From Schizosaccharomyces osmophilus (taxonomy: Eukaryota): a DNA stretch of 64,000 nt. The stretch covers positions 992,001 through 1,056,000 of the forward strand of contig NC_079240.1 of the NCBI RefSeq assembly GCF_027921745.1, in the 5' to 3' direction. Below are positions 58,319 through 64,000 of the stretch, one piece after another (the first letter of the stretch is position 1; every line of letters starts with the position of its first letter). The notes beneath the pieces are model-generated. The model saw only the letters and a program-made list of their open reading frames with translations, was not told the origin of the DNA and searched no databases. The position numbers and the translations under genes were made by a program.

Positions 58319-61300
58319 TTACTGATTGGCAGAAGCAGCGGAGGCAGCCAGTGCAGCCGGTTGCTCATTGAGCAGGGTTTGGAGCGATTGTTGCTCCTCA
58401 GCATTTAGATTTTTCAACATATCCTGCATTACAATCGGACTACTGTCCTTTAAGTGTACCATAAAATCTTGGAAAAGAGAGAATGGTTCAATTTGGTCGA
58501 GAGAGGTATGGAACAGGGGATCCTCGTCTAGAAGATAATTACCTTGATACCGTTCAAAATCATCCAATTCATCAGCAGCGTCACCTGAAACGTCTCCTTC
58601 TAAATCAGGGCCATCATATTCGACGGCGAAGTCGTCAACGCCGTCATCTTCATCAGCTTCCCAGTCGATGCCATCATTCCAACCAGAGGAGGTAAGATTA
58701 AATGTCTCACCGTCATATTCTTTTTCTAATTCAGCACGTGCTGCCAATGCATCAGGTAAGGTTTTCAGCAAAGAAATCATGATTTTCATGACATGGTTCC
58801 AGTTATCTTGAAGAGCCAACGCAACCTGTTCTGCGGAAAGGGGAATCATAGACAAAATAGCAACTAAGCAAAGCTTCTTGTCATGCACACGAGTAAAAGA
58901 GGCAATATCCTTAAACCACATGGCAAAGAAAGGAGCCGTCCATTGCTGCATTTGGAGCACACCCAAAGTCATGCCGGGGTTGTAGTACAAGGCATTAATG
59001 ATGACTTCACACAAGAAGACGCGATAAATTTGTGAAGTAGGCTTTTCACTAACTAAAAGTAAATTACCGGCAATTTCAATGAAGGTAGGAACATATTGAT
59101 CCAGCAATCCACGGTAATTAAGCATAAGCAATTCCATGAGTTTACAAGCAGCAATACGGTCATTAACGGCTAAATGGTCGCTGTTGAAGACTTGCAAAAT
59201 AATATCAACCATAGCGGCAATATAATCAGGACGAGCAGCAAAATCCTTTCCACCATAAGTAATAAAATTGCTTAAAGCAGGAGTTGCATCTTCAACGAAT
59301 TCGATGCCAGATTCCTTCAAAACACCGTGAAGCTTTTGAAATACTGTCCACATCACAGGAGATATCTCCTTCGAAGCAAACGTACAGCCATCAACTATTT
59401 CAAACATTTCAGCAAAAACGTCAAAAATATTGTTATCCAAGACGAAACTAATAATAGGCAAAAGAATAACTTCAATTTCTCTCAAAACATCAACGGTGTT
59501 TTCCAAACTCAAAATCATAGTACTTAGGGTATTCAAGATGCCAATGGCAGCAATAGATTTATCATCCACCAAAGTATCAAAATCTTCGGCGGTATTTGAC
59601 TGTTCAATACTCTCTTGCATGAACTTAAGGAAGGTATCACGAAGTTGCTTAGCCAGCTGAGCAGCGAAAGGAGTCAATTCATGGCTGAAAGAACTAACGA
59701 ACTCCTCCATGCAAGAAGACAAAGCATCAATGTCAATTTCGTTTGCTAAATACAAAAGGTTTTGCATAATGGTGGGTACGTGAGCTGTCATAACATCATG
59801 AACTTCAACATGACGCATAAGAGGTTGCAAAGCTAAGGCAGCTTGTACTCGTACTGGCAAATCCGAATCTTGTAGGCAATTAAGCACGGAATGATAAACA
59901 ATCAAGAGCTGAGATTTGTCATTCCAAGTGATATCACTAAAGCGGTTAATCATTTCACATGCGCGAGATCTTAAATAGCCAACAGGACTGGAGAATTCTG
60001 GCATTACATGAGCAACAATAAAATCCTGCATCATACCAGCAACTGGAGAATTCTTGCTAAGGATGGAGTTAGAAACAGCGGCAACCATACGAAGAGCACC
60101 CTCTTTCTGTCTAGGGTTCTTCTCGTTCGGGGCAGAAGCAGCATATTGGTTCAGAGCATCACTAGCAAAAGTTAAGATGCCCATGAAAGTGTCTTTTTTC
60201 CTCTTAGACGCCAATCGAACAAGGAACCGAGAAGCAGCAACATCAGCTGAATTGAAATCATCATAGATATCGATGTATTTATGAATAAACTCTACGGGAT
60301 CAAGATCCCATAATTCTTCGTCCTCTTCGCTCATGCATAACTGGGGAAAAACAAAGTCACCAATTAACAACCGAAGATGAGGTTGTAAAAGCTGCCAGGT
60401 ACTTTTGGGTTTAACGCATTCTTCATAAAAGCATCCGAGGAAATACAATATACGAGGAGAAAGCCATAATTGTCCTTGTGACCACAAAACGGTTTGCTGT
60501 AAGTATGTCTCCAAAATGCTAGGCACAATATTGGCGATAAAATTTTTGGCAAAATTGCGGTATTTGTTAGCAGATTCACCATAAAGTGAACTAGGTTCTC
60601 CATAACGAGTGAAAATACGGTTCAAGGAATAGTATGCCCATTTCTTACATTTATGCCAAACGTGGGCCTGGCGCATTTCGGAATCAAGGGCCATGACAGA
60701 AGCCGGTATAGGCTTTTGTACAACAGCCAATAGAAGTTGAATCCAAGCAAGGATCATATCGTTGGCAAGCAATTCGGTAGGAAGTTCTAATGCAATGACC
60801 GACTTGAATGTTTTCAAAATGAGACGAAGCATTTCGGCAGAATCGTTATCCTCCATATTAATAAGGTTGTGAGCAATTTGGAGGATTATTGGGAAAATGG
60901 CGGATATTAAGGGACCAATATCCCGTTGGCGATCGTCCAAACGCCATCTGTAAACCTTGGAAAGTTCGTGTAAGCAAATTAAGCCTGCGTATACCTCGCA
61001 TTGTTCGTTCGATTGAACAAGATTGGCTGTAAGTTCGCTAAAGCCAGGCCACTGATCGGGAAAATCGGTGGAAAGAATAATGTTCAAAATAGCGATTAAA
61101 TGAGATCTTGTGAAGATGGGGCTCTGTAAAAGAACAGGAAGAATGTTTTGACGGAAAAGAGCCTTCTGTTCTAGAGGAATATCCAACACAGAAGGAGCAT
61201 CATCAATCGTCGTCCAAGAACGAGCAATTCTGTTTTTTAAGTATATTACAGCTAAAATCTTCAGTTAGCTATGTTTCAGTCCCAAACCGATAATTGACCA

Positions 61301-61475
61301 TAGTGAGCTTACCAGCTTGCTGGGTGGGAAGAGCATTGCTTTGGTCGCTTAATAGTTGAAGAACAGCCAAGACAAAGTTAGGGTCTTTTTCCAATTGTTT
61401 TAAAGAGAGTTCAGCTCGAGTACGTGTATTTGGGTCCGCGTTTAGCGTCGCGTCAAAATGCTCAACCAAAGACAT
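58319..61475 (-). CDS. nmd5: Importin-7/8-like karyopherin (Nmd5/Sxm1 family; ~1031 aa); exons 61475-61313, 61251-58319
   Basis: IBN_N ([17 protein letters not shown]), DFPDQWP, KEGAL, RVHDKKL, acidic tail; intron GTAAGC..CTAAC..TAG. Confidence 0.88.
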
Positions 61476-62308
61476 CTTGGATTTGTCCAAGACCACAAAA
61501 CCTAATAATTAGATTTATGAATTTCTGTTCAGTGTGGTTGTAGGCAAATGACAAATTTTTGATTCCTCATGCCGGGTCTAAAATAAGGAACAAACGATCT
61601 GATGCTTTAAATTCCTTACCACGTTGGTTATGTGCACTAAATTATTTAATGTTGTGTTCTGTTTCGTTATACATGGTAGCGATGTATGTAAATGTTAAGT
61701 AAATGTAATATTACTAGCTATTGTATAAAAATATAAGCAAAAAGAATATACTATTGTAGATCACCGTAAATAAATAAATAGATAAAAAGGTGAAAAAATG
61801 AAATAGCGTTTCATTAACATTTCTTTGTTTTATTTTTTTGTATTTTAGAATAAACACTATATTTCATCGCCAAGTGTTTACAGATAGTTCCTCTATCAGA
61901 AACATTTGTTTGTTGAGCTAGTATAGTATTTTAGAAACAATTTCAATATTATCAGGCCATTGACAGATGCATTCCAACATGTTTTCTTAATTGAATTTAA
62001 CATTTGAAACTACGAAATCAAAAGCAAAAGTAGGGATAAACACTCATACTATTTCTGCACGACTTTCGTTGCCTTATGCCTTAACGAATTTTGTTTTTGA
62101 AGAGTACACCACCTAAAGGATATTTTTAATGTAATTTGCACTTGTGTCTATTTTTCATCTTCAATCAAAAAGAAAGTATGCTATGTCAAATATAAAGCAT
62201 GCTGCATAGAACCATTCTATTTTTTCATTGATTTTAAGGATGTACATTTCACGTGCTCATTTTTATAAATGTGTATAGATATGCTGTTTATCGCAGTTAT
62301 TTCAACAA

Positions 62309-62390
62309 GCATCTGTAGTCTAGTGGTTATGATTTCTGCTTTACATGATATGTTCGCAGACGGTCCCAGGTTCGATCCCTGGTAGATGCA
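62309..62390 (+). tRNA. tRNA-Val(UAC) with 9-nt intron (62346-62354)
   Basis: GCATCTG/TAGATGC acceptor stem; TCTGC-TT-TAC-A-[TGATATGTT]-C-GCAGA; GGTTCGATCCC; upstream TATAAA, downstream T run. Confidence 0.94.
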
Positions 62391-62662
62391 AATTCTTTTT
62401 TTTCTTTTCCAAAAGAAAAGATATGTCTTCCATATTTATATATAGATATTATTTTTTTGTTTTTTTTTTGTATGTATAATATGTATACGGATCTATTAAA
62501 GATTTTACTGGTCTTTGAAGCTACTATGTTCATCGTATTTTTGAAACCATTTCCGTAAATGTACATCTCTATTGTATGAAACAAAATTCCATTCATTAAG
62601 TTAAACTCATAAACATTTTTATTTTTATATAATTAATGATACCTTTCAAAGAATTCATGATC

Positions 62663-64000
62663 CTAAGCATCGCCAACATACTCAGCAATTTGCTTCAAAC
62701 GAGTATATTCATAATAACCATGAGTAGCCAATCCAATACCCAAACCGGAATGCTTCCAACCAATCCATGGAAGCTCATGGCTAGAAAAGTGATAAGTGTT
62801 AAGAGAGCACATGCCTGCCTCAATGTTATCCGCAAAGTAGTCGAGGGTATCGCGATTCGTGGAGAACACGCCTGATCCGAGACCATATTCAGTAGCATTG
62901 GCCAAGGCGAGAGCTTCTTCATTTGTGCGGAAAGTCTTGGTGATCAGCACGGGGCCGAACACTTCCTCTTTCCATAAAGTATTGTTGGTTTCGGCATTGG
63001 TGAAAATCGTAGGAGGAACGAAGTAACCTTTTCCACTTTCTTTAGGCAGTCCACCAAAAACACAGTTCAAACCTTCGTCAAAACCTGTTTGGATCAATTG
63101 AAGTACCTTTTCGTACTGGGGTTTGCTTACCAAGGGACCCATATTTACATTCTCTTGCAATCCGTTTCCAGAAACAATTTTCTTTGCTTCTTCAAGGACA
63201 CCCTTAAGCACCTCCTCATACACATCTTCCTCAATGAGTAGACGGGAAGCTGCGGTGCAAGCTTCACCTTGATTGAAAAAAATACCAAAAGCAGCCGATC
63301 TGCAAGCAAGAGAAAGATCAGCGTCTTTACAGACAATCAAAGGCGATTTACCACCTAATTCAAGAGTCACGGGAATGACGTGGTCAGAGGCTGCATGCAT
63401 AATTTTCTTGCCTGTGAACAACGAACCCGTAAAGGCAAGATAGGAAATCTTGTCGTGGTGGCTAAGAGCGACACCAGTTTCCTTGCCAGAACCAATGACT
63501 ACATTGAAGACGCCGTCGGGCAAGCCACCTTCCTTGCACAAAAGGGCAAATTCGAGGCAGGACCAGGGAGCAACTTCTGAAGGCTTAAGGACGACAGTAT
63601 TACCGGACGCCAAGGCAGGAATCGATTTCCAAAGGGCCATTTTCAATGGAAAGTTCCAAGGGGTAATAACACCGACAACGCCTCTGGGGAAACGCTTTTC
63701 TTTGCCGACGTAACCGGGGGCATTCGTTAAAGGAACCACTCTAGAAACCTCGTCGGTTTCAGCAATTTCAGCATAATAATCTAATAAATCGGCAGAGGAG
63801 TCTACATCAAATAACGCATAAGAGGTGGGTTTACCGCAGTTCAAAACATCCAATCCAGCAAGCAAATCTCGGTTTTCACGCATTAGTTGACCAATCTTAC
63901 GAAGAACGGCTCCACGTTCGTTTCCGCTACGCTTCGACCAGATGCCAGACTCGAATGCCTCGTGAGCGTTTTCCACAGCCTTGTTGACATCTTCAGCATT
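62663..64000 (-). CDS. atd3: Aldehyde dehydrogenase (betaine-aldehyde-dehydrogenase-like Atd3/Meu8), 5' end outside window
   Basis: ITPWNFP, FTGS, LELGGKSP, GEAC, EEVFGP; the name comes from recalled synteny. Confidence 0.85.
   Translation of the reverse strand, partial: NAEDVNKAVENAHEAFESGIWSKRSGNERGAVLRKIGQLMRENRDLLAGLDVLNCGKPTSYALFDVDSSADLLDYYAEIAETDEVSRVVPLTNAPGYVGKEKRFPRGVVGVITPWNFPLKMALWKSIPALASGNTVVLKPSEVAPWSCLEFALLCKEGGLPDGVFNVVIGSGKETGVALSHHDKISYLAFTGSLFTGKKIMHAASDHVIPVTLELGGKSPLIVCKDADLSLACRSAAFGIFFNQGEACTAASRLLIEEDVYEEVLKGVLEEAKKIVSGNGLQENVNMGPLVSKPQYEKVLQLIQTGFDEGLNCVFGGLPKESGKGYFVPPTIFTNAETNNTLWKEEVFGPVLITKTFRTNEEALALANATEYGLGSGVFSTNRDTLDYFADNIEAGMCSLNTYHFSSHELPWIGWKHSGLGIGLATHGYYEYTRLKQIAEYVGDA

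Noticed and set aside
1..64000. wtf meiotic drivers, 5S rDNA, Tf LTRs or CRISPR-like arrays
   Set aside because: Looked for by eye; no multi-exon transmembrane wtf-like gene, 5S sequence, LTR or spaced repeat array was seen.

Overview
Gene-dense, AT-rich fission-yeast (Schizosaccharomyces) chromosomal DNA. From recall, gene order matches the S. pombe chromosome III interval tel1 to atd3, but the proteins look diverged, so this is probably a sister species (octosporus/cryophilus/osmophilus clade; inference). The window holds 23 protein-coding genes (two cut by the window edges, nine with introns resolved by hand) and three tRNA genes (Ser-GCU and Val-UAC with introns, Cys-GCA). It also has recognisable promoter motifs: MCB, FLEX/forkhead, Ace2, HSE and CRE. 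I saw no transposon, LTR, rDNA or CRISPR array. The two most notable observations are adjacent small genes. 13859-14401 (Mug117-like) reads as a secreted 10-Cys protein with KP4 killer-toxin motifs behind a FLEX box. The orphan-like ORF 13073-13711 carries the motif order of the spliceosomal protein ZNF830/CCDC16 but lacks its zinc finger. All homology calls are from recall; no searches were run.
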